From: a virus
Taxonomy: Duplodnaviria; Caudoviricetes
Direction: 5' to 3' (one strand)
IMG/VR virus record: IMGVR_UViG_3300037608_000054
Coordinates: 1-43,715 of that record
Length of the DNA: 43,715 nt
This document shows, in pieces, positions 15,739-24,848 of the stretch. Within the stretch, counting starts at the first letter, position 1; the number at the start of each line of letters is the position of its first letter. Under the pieces are notes generated by a model, which worked only from the letters and a program-made list of their open reading frames with translations, was not told the DNA's origin and made no database searches. A program made the position numbers and the translations under genes.

Positions 15739-17997
15739 ATGCCTAAGACTGGATTGAAGATAGACGCATTTTCCTTCAAGGACTTCTCGCATGAAGCCAA
15801 ATTCGGGTCCGCCACACCAGGGGAAATCATCCCGCTCGGCAGGATTGAGCAGGCTAGGGGATTATCCCTCCCTGTCGTCTGCCAAGGGGACACGAACTCT
15901 TGCGTCTCTTGCGCAGCTACTTGGATTAAGCAGTACCTGGAGGCATCTGGCCAAGACCTTTCGTGGGAATGGTTGGCTAAAGTCTCCAAGACAGGGCCGG
16001 ATGGGGCTTCCGTGAGGCAGGTCCTCGAACCGGCCAGGAAGGTGGGTATCTGCGAACAGCCGTATCTTGATAAGCCTGATGTGGAGGCGGAACTCAACGC
16101 CGCTGGCCATAAGCTCGGCAGTTATTATTTCCTGCGTTCCTTGGACCGCCATTCCGTATACCAAGCCCTACGTCGAGGACCTCTGCTCGTGGGTGTCCAC
16201 GATTATGAGGGGTTCGGGGACCACGCCATGGTCCTCGTGGACGTGACCGAGGAGGGGGCGTGGGTCGTGGCTAATTGGTGGAACCCGGCGGAACAGGAAT
16301 ACCGCGTCCTGCCTGCCGATACTCGTTTTGCCCTCGCGGTCTCATTCTCCGAAGAAATACCTGAATCTAAAGATTTAATACGTATGCCTAAATTCGATGT
16401 ATTGAAATCCAAAGCCAAGACTTTGGTGCGTACCTTGTTCTCGCCGGAGAACAGGCATGTGTCCTGGGGTGCTTTGGCTTTCTTGGGGGTGCTCCTCCTG
16501 GTCGTCCCTTCCGGCGATAAATTCGGCGCGGCTGGTGTCGTGGCCAATTATGACACCACCTTGTCGTCTTCAATCACCAACACGGCCACGACAGTCCCGG
16601 TCTCATCCGTGACCCTGAAGACAGGGGAGACTTTCTCATCCACGGACCTGCATTTCCCGATTTACCTGACCATCGACCCCGGAAGCCAGTATAAGGAGGA
16701 TGTGGAGTGTTGGGGCCTGACCTCCCTCAGTTGGACGGGCTGCATCCGTGGCCTTTCCTCCAAAGGAGGCGCCGTGACTTCGACCGTCTCTGGGGCCAAC
16801 AGGCCGCATAGCGCAGGCACGAGGGTCATCATGTCCAACGTCCCGTATTTCTTCAACCGTTTCGTGGACGACTACTCGGATGAATCCATCGCCGGGGCGA
16901 AGACGTTCACCGGGCATTTGACCTTCTCCAATGCTTCGACATCCATCGGCGGCAGCACAGCTTCGTTCATCTGGGACGGCACCAACCTCGGTTGGACAGA
17001 CAACGGCATAGACACATATACGTTCGTTTCCGCCACCTCCGGGCTCACGGCTTCGTCCACCGAAGGCATCAAGATAACAAGCTCGAAGATAAGCGTGAAA
17101 TTGGCCACTTCGACATATGGGGCTGGACTTGATTTCGATTCGTCGGGGAACCTCCAGGTATACGCAAGCACCACCAAGTATCTGGCAATCGACTCTGACG
17201 GAAGGCTTTATTGGGACAGCGATTCCTTGTTCGGAGGGGACAACACCTGGACGGGCTCCCAGTCCTTCACGGGCCATGCCACCTATGCCTTATATTCTTC
17301 GTCATCTAAAGACATCGTGAACATGGACGCCCTGACGAACATGGTGGCTACCGGGACGGCGGGGGAAGCCTTCGCGGCGGGAGCTGCGCTCTATGTCAAA
17401 CCGTCGGACGGATACCTGTACAAAGCGGTGGCGAGCGGCAACACATCGACTTATGCCTATATCGGCATGGCCTTGGATGCCGCCGGGGGGTCAGGTTCGA
17501 GCACGCGATATGCCCGTCCAGGAGCCACGATGACGACCACCACCACGATGACCGTGGGGAGTTACCTCTACTTGACCAACACGGCTGGGGCCGTGGGCAT
17601 GACTCCAGGGACCAACTTCGCCAAAGTCGCCCAGGTGATGTCGGCGAACAAGATTCGCCTCGTGGAACCGAAATTCATAACCTCGGGGTACATAACCTAC
17701 GCGGCAGCCGAAACAGGCGCAAAGAAAATCACGACAGGTTTCTATCCTGCTTTCGTGCAGGTCTTCTCCGGCCTGGCTGGGTCTGATGAGGGGTCGTTCG
17801 GGGATGACTCGAATTCCTCGGTCTCCATGGGGACCACTTATGGGTTCGATACGACACGGGCAATCACCGTCAAAAGCGGGGCCGGTTCAGTCTTGGGGAC
17901 AATCGCCTCTAAATCGCAGGATGGTTTCACGATAAACATAGCGACCCAATCCAGCGGAGGCACCGCGTACATAAAATGGACCGCTTACAGCGAATGA
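15739..17997 (+). CDS. Papain-like (C1-type) cysteine peptidase fused to a hydrophobic segment and a tail-fibre-like domain
   Basis: CQGDTNSC (Q, catalytic C), DHAM (H), VVANWW (N); WGALAFLGVLLLVVP; then T/S/G-rich TTLSSSIT...TGCIRGL...HSAGTRV domain. Confidence 0.7.
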   Translation: MPKTGLKIDAFSFKDFSHEAKFGSATPGEIIPLGRIEQARGLSLPVVCQGDTNSCVSCAATWIKQYLEASGQDLSWEWLAKVSKTGPDGASVRQVLEPARKVGICEQPYLDKPDVEAELNAAGHKLGSYYFLRSLDRHSVYQALRRGPLLVGVHDYEGFGDHAMVLVDVTEEGAWVVANWWNPAEQEYRVLPADTRFALAVSFSEEIPESKDLIRMPKFDVLKSKAKTLVRTLFSPENRHVSWGALAFLGVLLLVVPSGDKFGAAGVVANYDTTLSSSITNTATTVPVSSVTLKTGETFSSTDLHFPIYLTIDPGSQYKEDVECWGLTSLSWTGCIRGLSSKGGAVTSTVSGANRPHSAGTRVIMSNVPYFFNRFVDDYSDESIAGAKTFTGHLTFSNASTSIGGSTASFIWDGTNLGWTDNGIDTYTFVSATSGLTASSTEGIKITSSKISVKLATSTYGAGLDFDSSGNLQVYASTTKYLAIDSDGRLYWDSDSLFGGDNTWTGSQSFTGHATYALYSSSSKDIVNMDALTNMVATGTAGEAFAAGAALYVKPSDGYLYKAVASGNTSTYAYIGMALDAAGGSGSSTRYARPGATMTTTTTMTVGSYLYLTNTAGAVGMTPGTNFAKVAQVMSANKIRLVEPKFITSGYITYAAAETGAKKITTGFYPAFVQVFSGLAGSDEGSFGDDSNSSVSMGTTYGFDTTRAITVKSGAGSVLGTIASKSQDGFTINIATQSSGGTAYIKWTAYSE

Positions 17998-18001
17998 ACA
18001 T

Positions 18002-19198
18002 ATGAGCTATACCCTCCAGAATTTCCTGGATGACGTGCAGTACCGGGTGAATGACGCCTCGGGCGGCAACGCGGACGACATCTCCGTCACGAACTACCTG
18101 AATGAGGGCCTGCGGCGCATCAGGCGCAAGTTCGATTTGCCGACATCGGAGAACGTCACCCCACTCAAGATATTCCGGGGGGTATACGGATACGCCCCGC
18201 CTACGGGATTCAGCGAATATATAGCGCTGAACAAGCAATGGTCATTGGGCGATGACCTGAACTTCAAACGGGTCGATGAGAAGGAATTCTGGCGTGACTA
18301 TAACGGGGACAACATGGTTTCCCTGTCGAGGGACAAATCAGACACTACCCTCCTCGTCGCGTACCGTGGGGACCAACTCTCGAACATCACCCTCAATTCG
18401 TGCGATACGTATGACGGCAACGGCACATGGGCCGCTTCGGGAGACGCGGATTCGGTGGCCAGCGATACGCTGTACGTGTATGAAGGCTCCGGTTCCGTCA
18501 GGTTCAACATAACGACGGCCACGGGAACGGCGGTCTTGGCCAATTCCGACATGACGCCCGTGGATATGTCCGGGGCGGCGGTCGCCGGAATCGGGATGAT
18601 GACCCTCCACGTGTATCTCCCGTCGGCCACGGATTTCACCTCGTTCACCCTCCGTTTCGGCACGGATGCGTCCAACTACTACGAATCCGCCGTCACGACG
18701 CAACTGAACGGTGGGTCTTTCGTCCAAGGCTGGAATACCCTCGGTTTCGACTGGTCCACGGCCACGACGACAGGGACGCCGACCGACAGCTCCATCGGGT
18801 ACCTGAGGCTCTCCATCGCGCTTCCTCTGACCATGGCCAACCAGACGGGGTTGCGCATCGATTCGTTCGTGATGCGCCAACCGTTCATCCTCAATCTCCA
18901 TTGGGTATCGGATTACCTGGTCGTGGACGGGACGACGGGAGCCCTCAAGGAGACTTTCTCCTCATCCACCGACACGTCCAGCTATTTCATCTGTCCGTCG
19001 GAGTTCACCGATTGGCTCCTGTACCATACGCTGGAGAACGTCTTCATGTATCTGGTCAGGGATTCGGAAGCCAGGAGCCTTAACTCAATCCGTCTCCAGG
19101 AGCTGGAATCCGAATTGGCCGTCGCGTATCCGTCGCGCCGTGAACTGACCAGCTACTCGTACATCGAGACGGATAATTTCGCCGATAGGCTGAATTGA
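18002..19198 (+). CDS. Head-tail adaptor / tail tubular protein A-like, with inserted beta-sandwich domain
   Basis: Adaptor-like N-terminus (TLQNFLDDVQYRV...YLNEGLRRI), central GWNTL...IGYLRL domain; position before the nozzle gene. Confidence 0.5.
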   Translation: MSYTLQNFLDDVQYRVNDASGGNADDISVTNYLNEGLRRIRRKFDLPTSENVTPLKIFRGVYGYAPPTGFSEYIALNKQWSLGDDLNFKRVDEKEFWRDYNGDNMVSLSRDKSDTTLLVAYRGDQLSNITLNSCDTYDGNGTWAASGDADSVASDTLYVYEGSGSVRFNITTATGTAVLANSDMTPVDMSGAAVAGIGMMTLHVYLPSATDFTSFTLRFGTDASNYYESAVTTQLNGGSFVQGWNTLGFDWSTATTTGTPTDSSIGYLRLSIALPLTMANQTGLRIDSFVMRQPFILNLHWVSDYLVVDGTTGALKETFSSSTDTSSYFICPSEFTDWLLYHTLENVFMYLVRDSEARSLNSIRLQELESELAVAYPSRRELTSYSYIETDNFADRLN

Positions 19199-19201
19199 AG
19201 T

Positions 19202-21043
19202 ATGCCTGCGAAGAAAATCCCGCCAGCCATGCCGGAATATGGGTTCGCCCTCGCGTCGAACTTCCTTTCCGGTTTCCAGCAGAAGCTCCAGGAGGATGAG
19301 CTGAAATCAGGCTCATCCACATCAGGGTCGAAGAACTTCATCCTGGATGATGACGGGAAGTGGCGCACCAAATACGGGACAAGGTATTTCGGCAGGAAAT
19401 CCACATACTCCAACACATGTACGTCATCCGCCGTGCTCCATCGGCGCGATGGGGTGGACATCCCCGTGGTCTTCACCGGGACCTATTCCCTTTATCTCCA
19501 TCCCGATTACGACGATTGGACAGCTTTGGAGTTCGACTTGTCGGACAGCTCGACATGGGGGACTTGCCCAACCGAATCGACGACCCAGAACATGAACCTC
19601 TTGGCCATGGGGTCGGGGAATGACGAATACCGAATCTGGAACGGAGCCACAGGGTTGGTCGATTCCGCCACCTCGAACACCATCACCCTCCAGGAGGCCA
19701 CTACCTGCGCGGCCAGGGGTTTCACCGCCACGGGGGACCTTTCGATAGAGAGCGTCTATTATGCCTATACGGGGCTTTCGGGGAACACGTTCACGGGGGT
19801 CACGCCGGACCCGACGGTGAACGGTGCCGTCCAGAACGCCGGGGTAGCCCAAAAGCCGGTCTCATACCCGTCAGCCCCATACGGGAACATCCTCTTAGCC
19901 GGTCTCGGGCAACGGGTCATCATCACGCGCATCAACGCCTCCGGCATGACCGGCGGTGGCCAGATTTACGGCTCCCATATAGATGACCCGACGGATTTCA
20001 CGTTCTCCGCCACAAGGGTCGCGGGTGAAGGGTTCCTCGTGAACGTCACGCAGTCAGGAGGCAGGATAACCGGGGCTTGCCAGTTCGAGGACGGTTATTT
20101 GGTCTGGAAAGGTTCCTACATCTGCAAGATAACGATAGACCAGAACGACATAGTGTACCAAAGGCCGTTCCTGAACTATGACGAGAAGCTGGGCGGGGAT
20201 GAAGGGTGCGTTTCGGCAGGGAGCGTCTTCCGCCTGGGGTCGGATGTCTTTTTCGTCTCTCCGACGGCCACCGTCAATTCGGTCCGCCGTGTCCAGAGCG
20301 TGGACTACCCGAAATCGCTCCCCATCTCCGACCCCATAAAGGCGTTCATGGAGACGCTGACGATGGATACCTACATCAACGGTTGCGGATGGCGCGGAAG
20401 GGCGTATTTCTTCTTCCCGACGGATGGCGTCACCCTAGTGTATGACGCCAGGTACGGCTGCTGGTGCCCTCCGACATACGGCTATTCGATAATCTCCTCC
20501 TTCGTCAACGAAGGGAAGCTCTACGGGACGCTCAAGGATTCGCCGAATATCCTTGAGCTATGGACGGGCGATATGGATTTGGCCACGGACGATGAGGTGG
20601 GGATACCCATCTACGGCGAGCTGTTCCTCGACCGGGCTAATTTCGGGGACAGGGAGAAGCGCAAGATATTCGACCGTTACTACATCGAGGGCGAGATGGA
20701 CGACAACGGCACCGCCACTTTCGAGTGGCAGTTCGACGAGAACGGCACCGTCCTGTCCGGGTCCCTCCAAGGGACGGAGACCGGGTTCTTCTTCATCCCG
20801 AGTTCGACCGAAGGCTTCGGTGATTCGAGCTTCGGGGAGGAACCGTTCGGTGGTGAAGAGACTTCCCCTTCGGCCACCGGCAAACGTAAATTCCGCATCA
20901 AGATAACCTTCAAGCCCAGGAGTTTCCATAATTGCCAATTCCGGGTCAAGACAGGGAACTATTTCAAACTAATCTCCCATGGACCGAACGTGATGGTCTC
21001 GAAGAAACGGGACCAACCTTCGATATTCAAAGCCACCGCTTGA
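19202..21043 (+). CDS. Tail nozzle / stabilization protein (P22 gp10 / T7 gp12-like)
   Basis: 613 aa, beta-rich; SKNFILDDDGKWRTKYG, VFFVS, ISDPI, TLVYD motifs; podovirus gene order. Confidence 0.6.
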   Translation: MPAKKIPPAMPEYGFALASNFLSGFQQKLQEDELKSGSSTSGSKNFILDDDGKWRTKYGTRYFGRKSTYSNTCTSSAVLHRRDGVDIPVVFTGTYSLYLHPDYDDWTALEFDLSDSSTWGTCPTESTTQNMNLLAMGSGNDEYRIWNGATGLVDSATSNTITLQEATTCAARGFTATGDLSIESVYYAYTGLSGNTFTGVTPDPTVNGAVQNAGVAQKPVSYPSAPYGNILLAGLGQRVIITRINASGMTGGGQIYGSHIDDPTDFTFSATRVAGEGFLVNVTQSGGRITGACQFEDGYLVWKGSYICKITIDQNDIVYQRPFLNYDEKLGGDEGCVSAGSVFRLGSDVFFVSPTATVNSVRRVQSVDYPKSLPISDPIKAFMETLTMDTYINGCGWRGRAYFFFPTDGVTLVYDARYGCWCPPTYGYSIISSFVNEGKLYGTLKDSPNILELWTGDMDLATDDEVGIPIYGELFLDRANFGDREKRKIFDRYYIEGEMDDNGTATFEWQFDENGTVLSGSLQGTETGFFFIPSSTEGFGDSSFGEEPFGGEETSPSATGKRKFRIKITFKPRSFHNCQFRVKTGNYFKLISHGPNVMVSKKRDQPSIFKATA

Positions 21044-21044
21044 T

Positions 21045-24000
21045 ATGGCCACAACGACACCAACGACGACCGGCGACAACCCCATCTCGACGCCTCCAGC
21101 GAACCAGAGCCTCACGGCCCCTGGCGGGGGTTACGTCTCTACTGACCCCAACATACAGGCGCAAATCAAGGCCATGCAGAGCCAGGTCGTCGCGCAATCC
21201 CAGCAGGCTCCGGGGACCTTAGCCACAGGGGCGCAGACGGGGAGCACCCCATCGGGGCAAGGGATACAGTCTGTCCCGACGACATACCAGGCATACACGA
21301 CCACTCCCCAGATGTCCGGGGCCACGAAACAGCAGGAAATCGATACTTTGGCTTCAGCCCGTCCGCCGGGGACGGCATATAACCCCGCCACCGGGACATA
21401 CCAGGACCCTCTGAACGTGGCCAGGATGACTAACGCAGGAACCGGGGCGACGACCACCGGCTCGCATTTCATCGGTTGGGGGACGGGGAAATATGACGCG
21501 CAAGGTAAGGAAATCATTTCGACCCAACCCCTTCAGGGGCAGCCTTTGAACGTCGGGTTGCGTTTCTCGACCGACATAGCGAGGGCCATCAAGCCGACCA
21601 TAATGAGCGCCGAGGAGAGGTCGTCGCTCTCCAACGTGGGTAAGGCCACGGGAGGGGTCCTGACGACCGATGGATACAACCAGACGAAGACCGACATCGG
21701 GAACGTCATCGTGAAGTTCGATTCCCCCGGATACCAGACTCCCCATGACCTGAACGGGAACCTTTCATACGACCAATCGGTGAAGGATACGCTCGCGGCT
21801 GTGTCCGATTCTGACCCGTACAAGGCCGTGCTCCTGTCGATAGAGGACATGCGCAAGGACATGGCCAGGTGGATTTCGGACCCGACCACGGACCCCATGT
21901 ACCAGCTCATCGCCAAACAGAACCAGCTCATGGAGGAGCGGTACGCGACGGAGAAGGAGGACATCGAGAAATCAGCCGCCGACTCATACGCCGAACGCAT
22001 CGAGACCAACAAGAGAATCGAGGGGATGACCAAGATGTTCATCGCCGGGACGGGGTTCTCGACATCCAGCTCCAACCAGGCCCTTGCCCTCATGTCCGAC
22101 ACCCTGAACGCGAACGAGAAAGCCCTCAGGCAGATAAACGAAGCCAAGGTCATGGCTCTGCGCAAGGCTTCCGACGCTTTCGCCGACAACAACCTCCAGC
22201 TCGCGGCCAAACAGATTGAATTGGCCGAGATACGGCACAAGGAGTACCTCAACCTGCTCAACCAATCCGCCACCATCCAGACCAATATGGAGGAAATGGC
22301 CATGAAACGGGCTTCTTTCGCCGAGGACCTGAAAGCCAAGAAGTTCGAGAACGCCAAGAGCCTCACGGACTTCCTCTCCAAAAACAAGATAGACCCGGAA
22401 CTCGTCTCGGACGAGCAGTATGGGCAGATAGCCTTGGCCTACAGCACTTCGCTGGAAGGCGCCAAATCCCTCTATTCGAGGATGCTCGAATCGGAAGAAG
22501 CGACCGACTACAACGAGAAGCTCAAGAAAGCCATGGAAGCCGCCAAGGTGGTGACCGACCCGAACACGGAAATCGCCCTACCTAACCCGGATGGCGGCAC
22601 GACTTTCGTGAAACGCAGCCAAATCCAGGTCCCTGGGGATTACGAATCGTTCGATGTCTCCCAAGGCGGCCTGAAATACCGCGCCTATATCGATAAGACG
22701 AAGATAGGCCAGGATGATGCGCTGGTCGCCATGATTCCCATCGGGGAAGACGCTTCGGATGTCATCCACATCACGGGTTCTGACGGCTCCACGTGGGCAT
22801 TGGACAAAAGCAAGAAACAGGGGGACCCAGGATACATGACGCAACTCCTGGATTTCGCGGGAAACCCCGTGGCAGGCACGGCTGGGGTGACGACGCTCAA
22901 CCAATATGTCCCTGGGGGGAACTATCCGACCGACTCTTCAGTCGTGAGCCAGTATGTCCCTGGGACTGGGGTGGCCAGTATGGACTTGCGCGACATATTC
23001 CCCGACATGCCTCCTACCCATCCTGAAGGCGTCAAGCGTCAGCCAGGGGAATCAATCTCCGAATACTCCAACAACCCAGGGGCCATCACATATTCATATT
23101 CAGGCTCGAAGAAAGAGACGGGCATCATCCAAAGGTTGCGTGACGCGGGGATAGAGGTCTCGGGCGTGGATTCATTCGGGAAGCCTGTGGTGGATTCGGC
23201 GGGGAACAAACTGGCTGTCTTCAAGACCGTCGAGGACGGATACCGCGCCAGGACCATCCTCATGTCCTCCCCCACATACTCCGGCCTGGACTTGGCGCAC
23301 GCCATGGGTACTTGGTCAGGAGGCAAGGATGCGGAAGGCAGGAACATGAACTACGCCAATTATGTCTCCTCCAGGACCGGTATACCCGTATCTGGCGTGA
23401 CCATGGGGAGCCTCAACGAATACCAGAAGTTGGCCCTGGCCCAAGCCCAGCACGAATGGGAATCCGGGAAACGGGGCAAGGGGATGATTTCGTTCTCCAA
23501 CGTGCCTTTCGGCGAAAACGCCGGTTCACGTTCCCCTGAACCGGGGAACCTAATGGCCAAGAACGTGACTTGGGACGACGTTAAGGCCATGCAGGCGAAA
23601 TCCGTAGGCGTGGATGACGGGAGCATGTCGAAGATAGTCGGCAAGGATTTGTATATCGGGAACACCGTGAAGAGCGGCAAGGTCGAGAAGGTGACGGACA
23701 TCGGAATCGAGGATGGCCAGACCCTCAAATCCATCCAAGTACGCGACATGGACAATGGATTGCTCTACACCTTCCATGGGGTAAAGGATTCCACGCTCTC
23801 GGTCGGCTCCAAATGGAGTTCGTCCCAAGCCACTCCGGCAGTCGGTACGGCCTCGAAGGACGGCTATTCCGCCACGGTCGCAAATGCCGATGGTTCGGCC
23901 ATGAAACCGACGCCGCTCCCGGCTACTTTGGAGGAAGCCAAAGCCAAATTTCGTTGGGGTATGCCTGGGGTAGGTGTCACGACCAACTCGAAAGCGACGG

Positions 24001-24848
24001 CGGAGATAAAGGCCAAAGTGGCGGAATTGAAGGCTGGAGCTAGTTTCTATTCCGTCATCGACGACATCAAGATTAATGGTTTCTTGTCCAAATTCGATTC
24101 TTCCACGTATATGGGGTCCCTGTATGATGCGGCGAAAATCGGCGAGACCACCAGGGAGGCCAAAACCCTGGATATAGAGAAGAAAAAAGCCTCCATCGCC
24201 ACATCAAACATGATGAACCTCAGGAGAGCGGCGGCGACATGGGCGCAGATGAACAGCGTAGACAACGTGAGCACGAATGTGATGAAGTTCGCCCTTTCGG
24301 CAGACATGACGGTAGCCCGTATGGAAGAGGAATACGCCCATGTGATGGATAAGGTACGGAAAGGGGACCCGACACAAATCACCGATGACGCCGCTTTGCT
24401 GGATTCGTTCGTCGAGGTGGCTAAAGGTGGAGGCACGACAGTCCCGATGCACCTCGTGGACAACATCACCGGGAACCGGAGCTGGCGTGCGCAATTCGAG
24501 ATATGGCAAAAGAAAATCAACGAATCCCGCCTCCTCACCGACGCCGAACGGCAATCGATGATTAGCCTGGGCAGGAGTGTCGCAAACGGATACCTGAAGA
24601 AAGGACAGGGGCTCATAGAATCGCAGAAGAAGGCATTGAAGAGCAACCCCACTACGGCGGCCTTGGCCGATTATGTCACCGACGACATCGTGGTGGCGAA
24701 TACGATTGAATATAATGAGGCCAAGAGCGGGAAAGTCATGCCGGTCGCGAGCCTGGAGGAAGCGCTTGCCCTCCCTGTCGGGGCCAAGTTGACATACAGG
24801 GGGAGCACATACCAAAAGACAGCCACCGGACTAATCCCAATCAAATGA
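21045..24848 (+). CDS. Large internal virion (ejection) protein with lysozyme-like domain
   Basis: 1267 aa; T/Q/P-rich N-terminus, coiled coils, SNNPGAI...FKTVEDGYRA...WS...YA pattern of virion muramidase-like domains. Confidence 0.6.
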   Translation: MATTTPTTTGDNPISTPPANQSLTAPGGGYVSTDPNIQAQIKAMQSQVVAQSQQAPGTLATGAQTGSTPSGQGIQSVPTTYQAYTTTPQMSGATKQQEIDTLASARPPGTAYNPATGTYQDPLNVARMTNAGTGATTTGSHFIGWGTGKYDAQGKEIISTQPLQGQPLNVGLRFSTDIARAIKPTIMSAEERSSLSNVGKATGGVLTTDGYNQTKTDIGNVIVKFDSPGYQTPHDLNGNLSYDQSVKDTLAAVSDSDPYKAVLLSIEDMRKDMARWISDPTTDPMYQLIAKQNQLMEERYATEKEDIEKSAADSYAERIETNKRIEGMTKMFIAGTGFSTSSSNQALALMSDTLNANEKALRQINEAKVMALRKASDAFADNNLQLAAKQIELAEIRHKEYLNLLNQSATIQTNMEEMAMKRASFAEDLKAKKFENAKSLTDFLSKNKIDPELVSDEQYGQIALAYSTSLEGAKSLYSRMLESEEATDYNEKLKKAMEAAKVVTDPNTEIALPNPDGGTTFVKRSQIQVPGDYESFDVSQGGLKYRAYIDKTKIGQDDALVAMIPIGEDASDVIHITGSDGSTWALDKSKKQGDPGYMTQLLDFAGNPVAGTAGVTTLNQYVPGGNYPTDSSVVSQYVPGTGVASMDLRDIFPDMPPTHPEGVKRQPGESISEYSNNPGAITYSYSGSKKETGIIQRLRDAGIEVSGVDSFGKPVVDSAGNKLAVFKTVEDGYRARTILMSSPTYSGLDLAHAMGTWSGGKDAEGRNMNYANYVSSRTGIPVSGVTMGSLNEYQKLALAQAQHEWESGKRGKGMISFSNVPFGENAGSRSPEPGNLMAKNVTWDDVKAMQAKSVGVDDGSMSKIVGKDLYIGNTVKSGKVEKVTDIGIEDGQTLKSIQVRDMDNGLLYTFHGVKDSTLSVGSKWSSSQATPAVGTASKDGYSATVANADGSAMKPTPLPATLEEAKAKFRWGMPGVGVTTNSKATAEIKAKVAELKAGASFYSVIDDIKINGFLSKFDSSTYMGSLYDAAKIGETTREAKTLDIEKKKASIATSNMMNLRRAAATWAQMNSVDNVSTNVMKFALSADMTVARMEEEYAHVMDKVRKGDPTQITDDAALLDSFVEVAKGGGTTVPMHLVDNITGNRSWRAQFEIWQKKINESRLLTDAERQSMISLGRSVANGYLKKGQGLIESQKKALKSNPTTAALADYVTDDIVVANTIEYNEAKSGKVMPVASLEEALALPVGAKLTYRGSTYQKTATGLIPIK

